From assembly GCF_003334385.1 (NCBI RefSeq), contig NZ_QOWN01000050.1: DNA of 33,016 bases; one strand, 5' to 3'. The stretch comes from Escherichia coli (GTDB lineage Bacteria > Pseudomonadota > Gammaproteobacteria > Enterobacterales > Enterobacteriaceae). The notes beneath the pieces are model-generated. The model did no database searches. It saw only the letters and a program-made list of their open reading frames with translations, and was not told where the DNA came from. Within the stretch, counting starts at the first letter, position 1; each line of letters begins with the position of its first letter. The translations under genes and the position numbers were made by a program. Below are positions 1-11,471 of the stretch, piece by piece.

Positions 1-2
1 GA

Positions 3-77
3 TGGCTGGGGTACCTGGATTCGAACCAGGGAATGCCGGTATCAAAAACCGGTGCCTTACCGCTTGGCGATACCCCA
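3..77 (-). tRNA. glnU: tRNA-Gln (anticodon UUG), third gene of the metT operon
   Basis: Reverse complement of 3..77 matches the E. coli tRNA-Gln sequence I recall, ending in CCA, with anticodon loop TTTTGAT (UUG). Its position after leuW in transcription order fits glnU. Confidence 0.9.
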
Positions 78-100
78 TCCGTACAACGCTTTCTGGTGAA

Positions 101-185
101 TGGTGCGGGAGGCGAGACTTGAACTCGCACACCTTGCGGCGCCAGAACCTAAATCTGGTGCGTCTACCAATTTCGCCACTCCCGC
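101..185 (-). tRNA. leuW: tRNA-Leu (anticodon UAG), 85 nt with long variable arm
   Basis: Reverse complement reads GCGGGAGTGGCGAAATTGGTAGACGCACCAGATTTAGGTTCTGG...CACCA, with anticodon UAG in a 7-nt loop. Confidence 0.9.
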
Positions 186-194
186 AAAAAAAGA

Positions 195-271
195 TGGTGG
201 CTACGACGGGATTCGAACCTGTGACCCCATCATTATGAGTGATGTGCTCTAACCAACTGAGCTACGTAGCC
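195..271 (-). tRNA. metT: elongator tRNA-Met (anticodon CAU)
   Basis: Reverse complement reads GGCTACGTAGCTCAGTTGGTTAGAGCACATCACTCATAATGATGG...GTAGCCACCA; first gene of the tRNA operon. Confidence 0.9.
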
Positions 272-304
272 ATCTTTTTTTTCGCGATACCTTATCGGCG
301 TTGC

Positions 305-345
305 GGGGCGCATTATGCGTATAGAGCCTTGCAGCGTCAACCTCT
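305..345 (-). promoter_or_regulatory. candidate sigma70 promoter of the metT tRNA operon with GC-rich discriminator
   Basis: On the minus strand: TTGACG (-35, + strand 335..340), a roughly 17-bp spacer, a CATAAT-like -10 (+ strand about 311..317), then GCGCCCCGC. An A/T-rich stretch lies upstream. This is the architecture typical of stringently controlled stable-RNA promoters. Confidence 0.5.
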
Positions 346-511
346 TTTTCAAGGAAAATTGCTCGAAAGTGACTGTTTGGTTAGGTTGCGAACAGCGTGG
401 CGCTATATTCGTCAATTATTGTTTACTTTGTGTTTTTTCCCACCCTACAGCCATTCTTTTGTCATACAGGATGAAATTCGGAATTTAACAATAGTGGTGG
501 GAAATTAATCT

Positions 512-613
512 ATGAAATACTGGCCTACAGTGATGAGTTGTCAAACAGTGATGTGGCAAACCCGGAACATTTCCTTACTGCATATCAGAATCAACAAGCA
601 CCTCAATAACTGA
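512..613 (+). other. candidate small ORF (33 codons) ending just before a terminator hairpin
   Basis: ATG at 512 is preceded by GGTGGG about 10 nt upstream; in-frame TGA at 611..613. Too short for the ORF track, and I do not recognise the product. Confidence 0.15.
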
Positions 614-615
614 AA

Positions 616-645
616 CAGCCCCGGATTTCACCGGGGCTGTTTCGC
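616..645. terminator. bidirectional rho-independent terminator downstream of asnB
   Basis: Perfect stem CAGCCCCGG / CCGGGGCTG with a 4-nt loop, flanked by A/T runs on both sides. Confidence 0.7.
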
Positions 646-650
646 ATTTC

Positions 651-2315
651 TTACTTATACGCCGACTGGTGAACACCAACCGCGCGACCAGACGGATCGT
701 CCATTTTCTTGAACGCTTCATCCCATTCGATCGCTTTAGCGGAAGAACAAGCGACGGAAGGACCGCCCGGCACGCACTCAGCGGCGCTCGGAAGCGGGAA
801 TAGTTCTTCAAAGATCTCCCGATACAAGTACGCTTCTTTAGAGGTTGGCGTGTTGTACGGGAAGCGGAAGCGGGCAGTTTCCAGTTGCTGATCAGAAACC
901 TGCTGCGCAGCCACTTCTTTCAGGGTGTCGATCCAACTGTAACCGACGCCATCGGAGAACTGCTCTTTCTGCCGCCAGGCCACGCTTGCAGGCAGATACG
1001 CTTCAAAACATTCACGCAGGATGTGTTTTTCCATTTTGCCGTTACCGCACATTTTATCCTGTGGGTTAATACGCATCGCCACATCAAGGAATTTTTTGTC
1101 GAGGAACGGAACGCGTGCTTCCACGCCCCAGGCTGACATCGCTTTGTTGGCACGCGCGCAGTCATACATATGCAGGGCCAGCAGTTTACGCACCGTCTCT
1201 TCATGCAGTTCTTTGGCATTCGGTGCTTTGTGGAAGTAAAGATAACCGCCGAACACTTCATCAGAACCTTCACCGGACAGCACCATTTTAATGCCCATCG
1301 CCTTGATCTTACGCGACATTAAATACATCGGTGTTGAAGCGCGAATAGTGGTCACATCATAAGTTTCGATGTGGTAAATCACGTCGCGGATGGCATCCAG
1401 ACCTTCCTGTACAGTGAAGTGAATTTCGTGATGCACCGTGCCCAGATGGTTTGCCACTTCCTGGGCTGCTTTCAGATCCGGTGAACCCGGCAGACCTACA
1501 GCAAAGGAGTGTAACTGCGGCCACCAGGCTTCAGAGCGTTCCTGATCTTCCACGCGACGGGCTGCGTATTTCTTGGTGATAGCGGAAATAATTGAGGAAT
1601 CCAGACCACCAGAAAGCAGCACACCGTAAGGCACATCAGACATCAGATGGCTTTTAACTGAATCTTCCAGTGCCTGACGCAGCTCGTTTTTGTCGGTCAC
1701 GTTATCTTTCACCGCATCGTAGTCGAACCAGTCGCGATGATAGTAAGAACGGATTTCGCCGTCCTGGCTCCACAAATAGCTCCCCGCCGGGAACTCTTTA
1801 ATCGTGCGGCAAACTGGCACCAGCGCTTTCATTTCTGAGGCCACATACAGCTGACCGTGTTCGTCATACCCCATATACAGTGGGATGATCCCCAGATGGT
1901 CGCGACCAATCAGGTAGGCATCTTTTTCGCTGTCGTACAGTGCAAAGGCAAACATGCCCTGCAAGTCGTCGAGAAATTCCGGCCCTTTTTCCTGATACAG
2001 CGCGAGGATCACTTCACAGTCAGACCCGGTCTGGAACTGGTAACGATCGCCATATTCGGCGCGCAATGCCTGGTGGTTGTAGATTTCACCGTTTACCGCC
2101 AGTACGTGGGTTTTTTGTTGGTTGTAGAGAGGTTGCGCCCCCGCGTTAACGTCAACAATTGACAGACGTTCGTGGGCGAGAATGGCGTTATCGCTGGCAT
2201 AAATACCGGACCAGTCCGGGCCACGATGACGCATCAGGCGTGACAGCTCGAGGGCTTTCTTACGCAGCTCAACTGCGTCTGTTTTGATATCGAATACGCC
2301 AAAAATTGAACACAT
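651..2315 (-). CDS. asnB: asparagine synthetase B (glutamine-hydrolysing), 554 aa
   Basis: The track ORF 651..2396 contains MCSIFGVFDIK from internal Met 28, which is the known AsnB N-terminus with the catalytic Cys2. ATG at 2313..2315. Confidence 0.95.
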   Translation of the reverse strand: MCSIFGVFDIKTDAVELRKKALELSRLMRHRGPDWSGIYASDNAILAHERLSIVDVNAGAQPLYNQQKTHVLAVNGEIYNHQALRAEYGDRYQFQTGSDCEVILALYQEKGPEFLDDLQGMFAFALYDSEKDAYLIGRDHLGIIPLYMGYDEHGQLYVASEMKALVPVCRTIKEFPAGSYLWSQDGEIRSYYHRDWFDYDAVKDNVTDKNELRQALEDSVKSHLMSDVPYGVLLSGGLDSSIISAITKKYAARRVEDQERSEAWWPQLHSFAVGLPGSPDLKAAQEVANHLGTVHHEIHFTVQEGLDAIRDVIYHIETYDVTTIRASTPMYLMSRKIKAMGIKMVLSGEGSDEVFGGYLYFHKAPNAKELHEETVRKLLALHMYDCARANKAMSAWGVEARVPFLDKKFLDVAMRINPQDKMCGNGKMEKHILRECFEAYLPASVAWRQKEQFSDGVGYSWIDTLKEVAAQQVSDQQLETARFRFPYNTPTSKEAYLYREIFEELFPLPSAAECVPGGPSVACSSAKAIEWDEAFKKMDDPSGRAVGVHQSAYK

Positions 2316-2562
2316 AACCTTCTCCGTTAACCTGGTATTTGTTGCTTGTTGTGTTTGCTTGTTTAAAAAAATGCCGCAAAGCAGCACTGTGCGCAAGCGA
2401 TTTGGCGGTGAAAAAATAAAAAACGTAATGGTGATTGTCGATTGGTGAAAAAAGGTCTGGTGTGAGGATATATTTATTGATGAATCGATAATTTTTAGCG
2501 GGTTTTATTGAATGTTTATATTTTACGGGGGCCAAATTGCTGACAAAGTGCGATTTGTTCAT

Positions 2563-2661
2563 GCCGGATGCGGCGTGAACGCCTTATCCGGCCTACAAAA
2601 GCATGAAAATTCAATATATTGCAGGAGCTGCGTAGGCCTGATAAGCGTAGCGCATCAGGCA
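2563..2661. repeat. RIP/BIME-type element (two inverted REP units around a central linker)
   Basis: GCCGGATGCGGCGTGAACGCCTTATCCGGCCTAC ... GCAATATATTG ... GTAGGCCTGATAAGCGTAGCGCATCAGGCA. Same family as the elements at 10974..11073 and 18401..18500, in inverted orientation. Confidence 0.8.
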
Positions 2662-2711
2662 GTTTGGCGTTTGTCATCAGAGCCAACCACGTCCGCAGAC
2701 GTGGTTGCTAT

Positions 2712-3464
2712 TCAGATAACGTCGATTTCAGCGACTGACGGGTAAATCCAGCTGGGGCGGAAAGGCATACTGTCGATATCGTCGAGCGACGAAACACCAG
2801 AAAGCACCAGAATCGTCTCCAGACCTGCCTGGAAGCCGGCCAGAATATCGGTACGCAGGTTATCGCCGACAATCACCGTTTCTTCCGAATGCGCCTGCAT
2901 TTTGTTTAATGCTGCGCGGATGATCCACGGGCTGGGCTTACCAACATAGAACGGTTTGCGCCCGGAGATTTTCTCAATCCCTGCACACAACGCGCCACAA
3001 GCGGGATAAAAACCGCGCCCGTGGGTGTCCGGATTGGTGGCGATAAAACGTGCACCGTTAGCGACGAAATAGGCTGCTTTATGCATCATGTCCCAGTTGT
3101 AGGAACGCGTTTCGCCAACAATCACGAAATCAGGGTTCACATCGGTAATAGTGAAACCGGCTTTGTACAGTTCATGAATCAGTGCGCCTTCGCCCACCAC
3201 ATACGCTTTCTTGCCTTCCTGGCGACGCAGGAAATCGGCAGTCGCCATCGCAGAGGTATAAAACACGCTGTCAGGTACATCGACACCTGCGGTGGCAAAG
3301 CGGTTCGCCAGATCTTGCCCAGTCTGCGAAGGATAGTTGGTCAGCAACACCAGCGGCAGGCCTTTATCCATAATCCCGTGCAAAAATTCCGCTGCACCCG
3401 GTACGGCGACGTTATCGTGCATCAGCACGCCGTCGATATCGCAAATTACATTTTTAATGGTCAT
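2712..3464 (-). CDS. nagD: HAD-family UMP/ribonucleotide phosphatase NagD/UmpH, 250 aa
   Basis: Full-length ORF beginning MTIKNVICDIDGVLMHDN, the HAD motif I (DxDGV); last gene of the nagBACD cluster. Confidence 0.9.
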   Translation of the reverse strand: MTIKNVICDIDGVLMHDNVAVPGAAEFLHGIMDKGLPLVLLTNYPSQTGQDLANRFATAGVDVPDSVFYTSAMATADFLRRQEGKKAYVVGEGALIHELYKAGFTITDVNPDFVIVGETRSYNWDMMHKAAYFVANGARFIATNPDTHGRGFYPACGALCAGIEKISGRKPFYVGKPSPWIIRAALNKMQAHSEETVIVGDNLRTDILAGFQAGLETILVLSGVSSLDDIDSMPFRPSWIYPSVAEIDVI

Positions 3465-3511
3465 GGACTACCCAGAATATTGACAACAATAAGCGCCACT
3501 ATAAAAGCACA

Positions 3512-4732
3512 TTAATTTTCCAGCAAATGCTGGAGCAAAATACCGTTGAGCATGGCGCGTTTTACCAGCGCAAAAGCGCCGATTGCCGAGCGGTGATCCA
3601 GCTCAGAACGTACCACCGGCAGATTAGTGCGAAACGCCTTCAGCGCCTGGGTATTAATGCAGCTTTCAATAGCAGGGAGCAGCACTTTATCGGCTTCGGT
3701 GATTTCACCGGCAATAACAATTTTTTGCGGATTAAATAAGTTGATAGCAATGGCGATGGTTTTACCCAGATGACGACCGACATACTCAATTACTTCCGAC
3801 GCCAGACTATCGCCTTTGTTCGCGGCTTTGCAGATAGTTTTGATGGTGCAGTCGTCCAGCGGCACGCGGCTCTGGTAGCCCTGCTTTAACAGATTCAACA
3901 CCCGTTGTTCAATGGCAGCGTTGGCAGCGATAGTTTCCAGGCAGCCAAAGTTGCCGCAGTGGCAGCGTTCACCCAGCGGTTCGACCTGAATATGGCCAAT
4001 TTCACCGACGTTGCCGTTGCGGCCAATAAAAATGCGCCCGTTAGAGATAATCCCGGCCCCGGTTCCGCGATGGACACGCACCAGAATGGAGTCTTCGCAA
4101 TCCTGACTTGCACCGAAGTAGTGCTCCGCCAGCGCCAGACTACGGATATCGTGACCAACGAAACAGGTCACTTTAAAACGTTCTTCCAGAGCTTCTACCA
4201 GCCCCCAGTTTTCTACCTGAATATGCGGCATGTAATGAATTTTGCCGCTGTCCGGGTCAACAAGCCCTGGCAGGATCACCGAAATCGCGATCAGCTCGCG
4301 CAGTTTGCGCTGGTAGCTATCAATAAACTGAGCAATGGCATTCAACAGGGCATGTTCCAGCGTTTGCTGGGTACGTTCCGGCAGCGGGTAATGTTCTTCT
4401 GCCAGCACTTTGCTGCTGAGATCAAACAGAGTGATGGTGGCGTCATGACGACCAAGCCGTACGCCGATTGCGTGGAAATTGCGGGTTTCGGTGACGATGG
4501 AGATAGCGCGGCGGCCCCCGGTGGAGGCCTGCTGATCAACTTCTTTGATCAGCCCGCGTTCGATAAGCTGACGCGTAATTTTGGTTACGCTGGCGGGGGC
4601 AAGCTGGCTTTGCTCGGCAATCTGAATCCGCGAGATTGGCCCGTACTGGTCAATCAGGCGATAAACCGCCGCGCTGTTAAGCTGTTTTACGAGATCAACA
4701 TTACCTATCTGAGCTTGTCCGCCTGGTGTCAT
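3512..4732 (-). CDS. nagC: ROK-family transcriptional repressor NagC, 406 aa
   Basis: 406-aa ORF with an N-terminal helix-turn-helix and the ROK sugar-kinase-like fold including the CHCGNFGC zinc motif; ATG at 4730..4732. Confidence 0.95.
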   Translation of the reverse strand: MTPGGQAQIGNVDLVKQLNSAAVYRLIDQYGPISRIQIAEQSQLAPASVTKITRQLIERGLIKEVDQQASTGGRRAISIVTETRNFHAIGVRLGRHDATITLFDLSSKVLAEEHYPLPERTQQTLEHALLNAIAQFIDSYQRKLRELIAISVILPGLVDPDSGKIHYMPHIQVENWGLVEALEERFKVTCFVGHDIRSLALAEHYFGASQDCEDSILVRVHRGTGAGIISNGRIFIGRNGNVGEIGHIQVEPLGERCHCGNFGCLETIAANAAIEQRVLNLLKQGYQSRVPLDDCTIKTICKAANKGDSLASEVIEYVGRHLGKTIAIAINLFNPQKIVIAGEITEADKVLLPAIESCINTQALKAFRTNLPVVRSELDHRSAIGAFALVKRAMLNGILLQHLLEN

Positions 4733-4740
4733 ACTTTCTC

Positions 4741-6749
<2,009 letters not shown>

Positions 6750-7081
6750 TATTCACCTCAATAAGTAAAATGTAAGCCGTTGGCGGATTAGGCATCTTTA
6801 AGCGTAACCTGGATTTGCGCAGACAGGCGTCAATCCGACCTGATTTTTTGAATGATAAAATAAGTTTTCTGGTTTAGCCAGTAAAAGGGAGTGATGATAA
6901 CGATATTTGGTGACAAAACTCACAAAAGACACGCGTTTAATTTGCGATACGAATTAAATTTTCACACACTCTGTAGCAGATGATCTAACAATCTGATTAC
7001 AGAACATCGGCAGTACAATTTGCAGCAAAATAAAAATACGGCTTGAAACGAGCCAAATAGGGTTCTCGTAGGGGGAATAAG
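6750..7081. promoter_or_regulatory. divergent nagB / nagE promoter-operator region
   Basis: A 332-bp AT-rich intergenic region between divergently transcribed nagB and nagE. From established knowledge it carries two NagC operators and a CRP site; I cannot place the exact sites by eye. Confidence 0.6.
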
Positions 7082-9028
7082 ATGAATATTTTAGGTTTTT
7101 TCCAGCGACTCGGTAGGGCGTTACAGCTCCCTATCGCGGTGCTGCCGGTGGCGGCACTGTTGCTGCGATTCGGTCAGCCAGATTTACTTAACGTTGCGTT
7201 TATTGCCCAGGCGGGCGGTGCGATTTTTGATAACCTCGCATTAATCTTCGCCATCGGTGTGGCATCCAGCTGGTCGAAAGACAGCGCTGGTGCGGCGGCG
7301 CTGGCGGGTGCGGTAGGTTACTTTGTGTTAACCAAAGCGATGGTGACCATCAACCCAGAAATTAACATGGGTGTACTGGCGGGTATCATTACCGGTCTGG
7401 TTGGTGGCGCAGCCTATAACCGTTGGTCCGATATTAAACTGCCGGACTTCCTGAGCTTCTTCGGCGGCAAACGCTTTGTGCCGATTGCCACCGGATTCTT
7501 CTGCCTGGTGCTGGCGGCCATTTTTGGTTACGTCTGGCCGCCGGTACAGCACGCTATCCATGCAGGCGGCGAGTGGATCGTTTCTGCGGGCGCGCTGGGT
7601 TCCGGTATCTTTGGTTTCATCAACCGTCTGCTGATCCCAACCGGTCTGCATCAGGTACTGAACACCATCGCCTGGTTCCAGATTGGTGAATTCACCAACG
7701 CGGCGGGTACGGTTTTCCACGGTGACATTAACCGCTTCTATGCCGGTGACGGCACCGCGGGGATGTTCATGTCCGGCTTCTTCCCGATCATGATGTTCGG
7801 TCTGCCGGGTGCGGCGCTGGCGATGTACTTCGCAGCACCGAAAGAGCGTCGTCCGATGGTTGGCGGTATGCTGCTTTCTGTTGCTGTTACTGCGTTCCTG
7901 ACCGGTGTGACTGAGCCGCTGGAATTCCTGTTCATGTTCCTTGCTCCGCTGCTGTACCTCCTGCACGCACTGCTGACCGGTATCAGCCTGTTTGTGGCAA
8001 CGCTGCTGGGTATCCACGCGGGCTTCTCTTTCTCTGCGGGGGCTATCGACTACGCGTTGATGTATAACCTGCCGGCCGCCAGCCAGAACGTCTGGATGCT
8101 GCTGGTGATGGGCGTTATCTTCTTCGCTATCTACTTCGTGGTGTTCAGTTTGGTTATCCGCATGTTCAACCTGAAAACGCCGGGTCGTGAAGATAAAGAA
8201 GACGAGATCGTTACTGAAGAAGCCAACAGCAACACTGAAGAAGGTCTGACTCAACTGGCAACCAACTATATTGCTGCGGTTGGCGGCACTGACAACCTGA
8301 AAGCGATTGACGCCTGTATCACCCGTCTGCGCCTTACAGTGGCTGACTCTGCCCGCGTTAACGATACGATGTGTAAACGTCTGGGTGCTTCTGGGGTAGT
8401 GAAACTGAACAAACAGACTATTCAGGTGATTGTTGGCGCGAAAGCAGAATCCATCGGCGATGCGATGAAGAAAGTCGTTGCCCGTGGTCCGGTAGCCGCT
8501 GCGTCAGCTGAAGCAACTCCGGCAACTGCCGCGCCTGTAGCAAAACCGCAGGCTGTACCAAACGCGGTATCTATCGCGGAGCTGGTATCGCCGATTACCG
8601 GTGATGTCGTGGCACTGGATCAGGTTCCTGACGAAGCATTCGCCAGCAAAGCGGTGGGTGACGGTGTGGCGGTGAAACCGACAGATAAAATCGTCGTATC
8701 ACCAGCCGCAGGGACAATCGTGAAAATCTTCAACACCAACCACGCGTTCTGCCTGGAAACCGAAAAAGGCGCGGAGATCGTCGTCCATATGGGTATCGAC
8801 ACCGTAGCGCTGGAAGGTAAAGGCTTTAAACGTCTGGTGGAAGAGGGTGCGCAGGTAAGCGCAGGGCAACCGATTCTGGAAATGGATCTGGATTACCTGA
8901 ACGCTAACGCCCGCTCGATGATTAGCCCGGTGGTTTGCAGCAATATCGACGATTTCAGTGGCTTGATCATTAAAGCTCAGGGCCATGTTGTGGCGGGTCA
9001 AACACCGCTGTATGAAATCAAAAAGTAA
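7082..9028 (+). CDS. nagE: PTS N-acetylglucosamine-specific EIICBA component, 648 aa
   Basis: 648-aa ORF with an N-terminal multi-span membrane domain, a central EIIB motif and a C-terminal EIIA-Glc-like domain. Confidence 0.95.
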   Translation: MNILGFFQRLGRALQLPIAVLPVAALLLRFGQPDLLNVAFIAQAGGAIFDNLALIFAIGVASSWSKDSAGAAALAGAVGYFVLTKAMVTINPEINMGVLAGIITGLVGGAAYNRWSDIKLPDFLSFFGGKRFVPIATGFFCLVLAAIFGYVWPPVQHAIHAGGEWIVSAGALGSGIFGFINRLLIPTGLHQVLNTIAWFQIGEFTNAAGTVFHGDINRFYAGDGTAGMFMSGFFPIMMFGLPGAALAMYFAAPKERRPMVGGMLLSVAVTAFLTGVTEPLEFLFMFLAPLLYLLHALLTGISLFVATLLGIHAGFSFSAGAIDYALMYNLPAASQNVWMLLVMGVIFFAIYFVVFSLVIRMFNLKTPGREDKEDEIVTEEANSNTEEGLTQLATNYIAAVGGTDNLKAIDACITRLRLTVADSARVNDTMCKRLGASGVVKLNKQTIQVIVGAKAESIGDAMKKVVARGPVAAASAEATPATAAPVAKPQAVPNAVSIAELVSPITGDVVALDQVPDEAFASKAVGDGVAVKPTDKIVVSPAAGTIVKIFNTNHAFCLETEKGAEIVVHMGIDTVALEGKGFKRLVEEGAQVSAGQPILEMDLDYLNANARSMISPVVCSNIDDFSGLIIKAQGHVVAGQTPLYEIKK

Positions 9029-9076
9029 TCTGCTTTATGCCTGATGCGACGCTTGAGCGTCGCATCCAACAATGAC

Positions 9077-9110
9077 AAGCGGTGGAGATCTTCTCTGCCG
9101 CTTTTTTTTT
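9077..9110 (+). terminator. rho-independent terminator after nagE
   Basis: Imperfect GC stem AGCGGTGG...CTGCCGCT followed by T9 (9101..9110). Confidence 0.6.
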
Positions 9111-9230
9111 CATCAATCATCCCCATAATCCTTGTTAGATTATCAATTTTAAAAAACTAACAGTTGTCAGCCTGTCCCGCTTATAAGATCATACGCCGTT
9201 ATACGTTGTTTACGCTTTGAGGAATCCACG

Positions 9231-10895
9231 ATGAGTGAGGCAGAAGCCCGCCCGACTAACTTTATCCGTCAGATCATCGATGAAGATCTGGCCAGTGGTA
9301 AGCACACCACAGTACACACCCGTTTCCCGCCGGAGCCGAATGGCTATCTGCATATTGGCCATGCGAAATCTATCTGCCTGAACTTCGGGATCGCCCAGGA
9401 CTATAAAGGCCAGTGCAACCTGCGTTTCGACGACACTAACCCGGTAAAAGAAGATATCGAGTATGTTGAGTCGATCAAAAACGACGTAGAGTGGTTAGGT
9501 TTTCACTGGTCTGGTAACGTCCGTTACTCCTCCGATTATTTTGATCAGCTCCACGCCTATGCGATCGAACTGATCAATAAAGGCCTGGCGTACGTTGATG
9601 AACTGACGCCGGAACAGATCCGCGAATACCGCGGCACCCTGACGCAACCGGGTAAAAACAGCCCGTACCGCGACCGCAGCGTTGAAGAGAACCTGGCGCT
9701 GTTCGAAAAAATGCGTGCCGGTGGTTTTGAAGAAGGTAAAGCCTGCCTGCGTGCGAAAATCGACATGGCTTCACCGTTTATCGTGATGCGCGATCCGGTG
9801 CTGTACCGTATTAAATTTGCTGAACACCACCAGACTGGCAACAAGTGGTGCATCTACCCGATGTACGACTTCACCCACTGCATCAGCGATGCCCTGGAAG
9901 GTATTACGCACTCTCTGTGTACGCTTGAGTTCCAGGACAACCGTCGTCTGTACGACTGGGTACTGGACAACATCACGATTCCTGTTCACCCGCGCCAGTA
10001 TGAGTTCTCGCGCCTGAATCTGGAATACACCGTGATGTCCAAGCGTAAGTTGAACCTGCTGGTGACCGACAAGCACGTTGAAGGCTGGGATGACCCGCGT
10101 ATGCCGACCATTTCCGGTCTGCGTCGTCGTGGTTACACTGCGGCTTCTATTCGTGAGTTCTGCAAACGCATCGGCGTGACCAAGCAGGACAACACCATTG
10201 AGATGGCGTCGCTGGAATCCTGCATCCGTGAAGATCTCAACGAAAATGCGCCGCGCGCAATGGCGGTTATCGATCCGGTGAAACTGGTTATCGAAAACTA
10301 TCAGGGCGAAGGCGAAATGGTTACCATGCCGAACCATCCGAACAAACCGGAAATGGGCAGCCGTCAGGTGCCGTTTAGCGGTGAGATTTGGATTGATCGC
10401 GCCGATTTCCGCGAAGAAGCTAACAAGCAGTACAAACGTCTGGTGCTGGGTAAAGAAGTGCGTCTGCGTAATGCTTATGTGATTAAGGCAGAACGCGTCG
10501 AGAAAGATGCCGAAGGTAATATCACCACCATCTTCTGTACTTATGACGCCGATACCTTAAGCAAAGATCCGGCAGATGGTCGTAAAGTCAAAGGTGTTAT
10601 TCACTGGGTGAGCGCGGCACATGCGCTGCCGGTTGAAATCCGTTTGTATGACCGTCTGTTCAGCGTGCCTAACCCAGGTGCTGCGGATGATTTCCTGTCG
10701 GTGATTAACCCGGAATCGCTGGTGATCAAACAGGGCTTTGCTGAACCGTCGCTGAAAGATGCGGTTGCGGGTAAAGCATTCCAGTTTGAGCGTGAAGGTT
10801 ACTTCTGCCTCGATAGCCGCCATTCTACGGCGGAAAAACCGGTATTTAACCGCACCGTTGGGCTGCGTGATACCTGGGCGAAAGTAGGCGAGTAA
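9231..10895 (+). CDS. glnS: glutaminyl-tRNA synthetase, 554 aa
   Basis: Begins [20 protein letters not shown]; class I HIGH motif ([14 protein letters not shown]) and a VMSKR variant of KMSKS. Confidence 0.95.
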
Positions 10896-10911
10896 TTTTA
10901 AGTTTCGCTAT

Positions 10912-10942
10912 GCCGGATGGGGCGTTTACGTCGCATCCGGCA
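10912..10942. repeat. single REP unit
   Basis: GCCGGATGGGGCGTTTACGTCGCATCCGGCA immediately after the glnS stop. Confidence 0.7.
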
Positions 10943-10973
10943 AGGAACAGACAAACAGTTTCAAACGCTAAAT

Positions 10974-11073
10974 TGCCTGATGCGCTACGCTTATCAGGCC
11001 TACATGATCTCTGCAATATATTGAGTTTGCGTGCTTTTGTAGGCCGGATAAGGCGTTCACGCCGCATCCGGCA
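10974..11073. repeat. RIP/BIME-type element
   Basis: TGCCTGATGCGCTACGCTTATCAGGCCTAC ... GCAATATATTGAG ... GTAGGCCGGATAAGGCGTTCACGCCGCATCCGGCA. Confidence 0.8.
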
Positions 11074-11093
11074 AGAAACAGCAAACAATCCAA

Positions 11094-11119
11094 AACGCCG
11101 CGTTCAGCGGCGTTTTTTC
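11094..11119 (+). terminator. rho-independent terminator at the end of the glnS transcript
   Basis: AACGCCGCGTTCAGCGGCGTT hairpin followed by TTTTTT. Confidence 0.7.
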
Positions 11120-11451
11120 TGCTTTTCTTCGCGAATTAATTCCGCTTCGCAATTTATCCATAAAATAAATTTAAAATAACAAAACATAATTAAATAAAAT
11201 GTAACCGCTTTCATCTTGCTGGAATTTCACGCTTTTATTCTTCTGCAAGCCTTTCAACCGCAAACTTAAGCCTTGTAACAAAAATCATCAAAATATGTGC
11301 GGTTGCTCATGTTCTTACATTCTGGTTACAGAAAGAGATTGATAATTCGCGTCGCGAAAAATAGTCTGTTCCTGTAGTCAGCGAGACTTTTCTCAACGCT
11401 ACTTTTTTAATTTTTATTTTTTCGCTGTTCACCTTTGGTGCAGCAATTTAT

Positions 11452-11464
11452 ACGTCAAAGAGGA
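11452..11464 (+). promoter_or_regulatory. ChiX sRNA pairing site overlapping the chiP Shine-Dalgarno
   Basis: ACGTCAAAGAGGA lies 8 nt upstream of the chiP ATG and is complementary to the UCCUCUUUGACG core of ChiX as I recall it. Confidence 0.5.
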
Positions 11465-11471
11465 TTAACCC

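Noticed and set aside
651-2396. N-terminal extensions in the ORF track (asnB 581 aa, fldA 215 aa, seqA 226 aa, pgm 563 aa, kdpA 622 aa, ybfE 120 aa, kdpD 908 aa)
   Set aside because: These are open frame upstream of the real start. The true N-termini are internal ATGs with recognisable conserved sequences (kdpD is the exception, treated as a finding).
2397-2711. Possible CRISPR array or IS fragment in the asnB/nagD intergenic repeat region
   Set aside because: The repeats are REP/BIME palindromes in inverted orientation, not spaced direct repeats, and there are no IS terminal inverted repeats or a transposase ORF.
6940-6990. Exact CRP and NagC operator coordinates in the nagB-nagE intergenic region
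   Set aside because: TCACA-containing candidates are present, but I could not place a convincing TGTGA-N6-TCACA dyad or NagC operator by eye, so only the region is reported.
7328-8254. 308-aa ORF antisense to nagE
   Set aside because: Lies entirely inside the well-supported nagE frame on the opposite strand; Arg/His/Gln-rich composition typical of an antisense frame; no ribosome-binding site.
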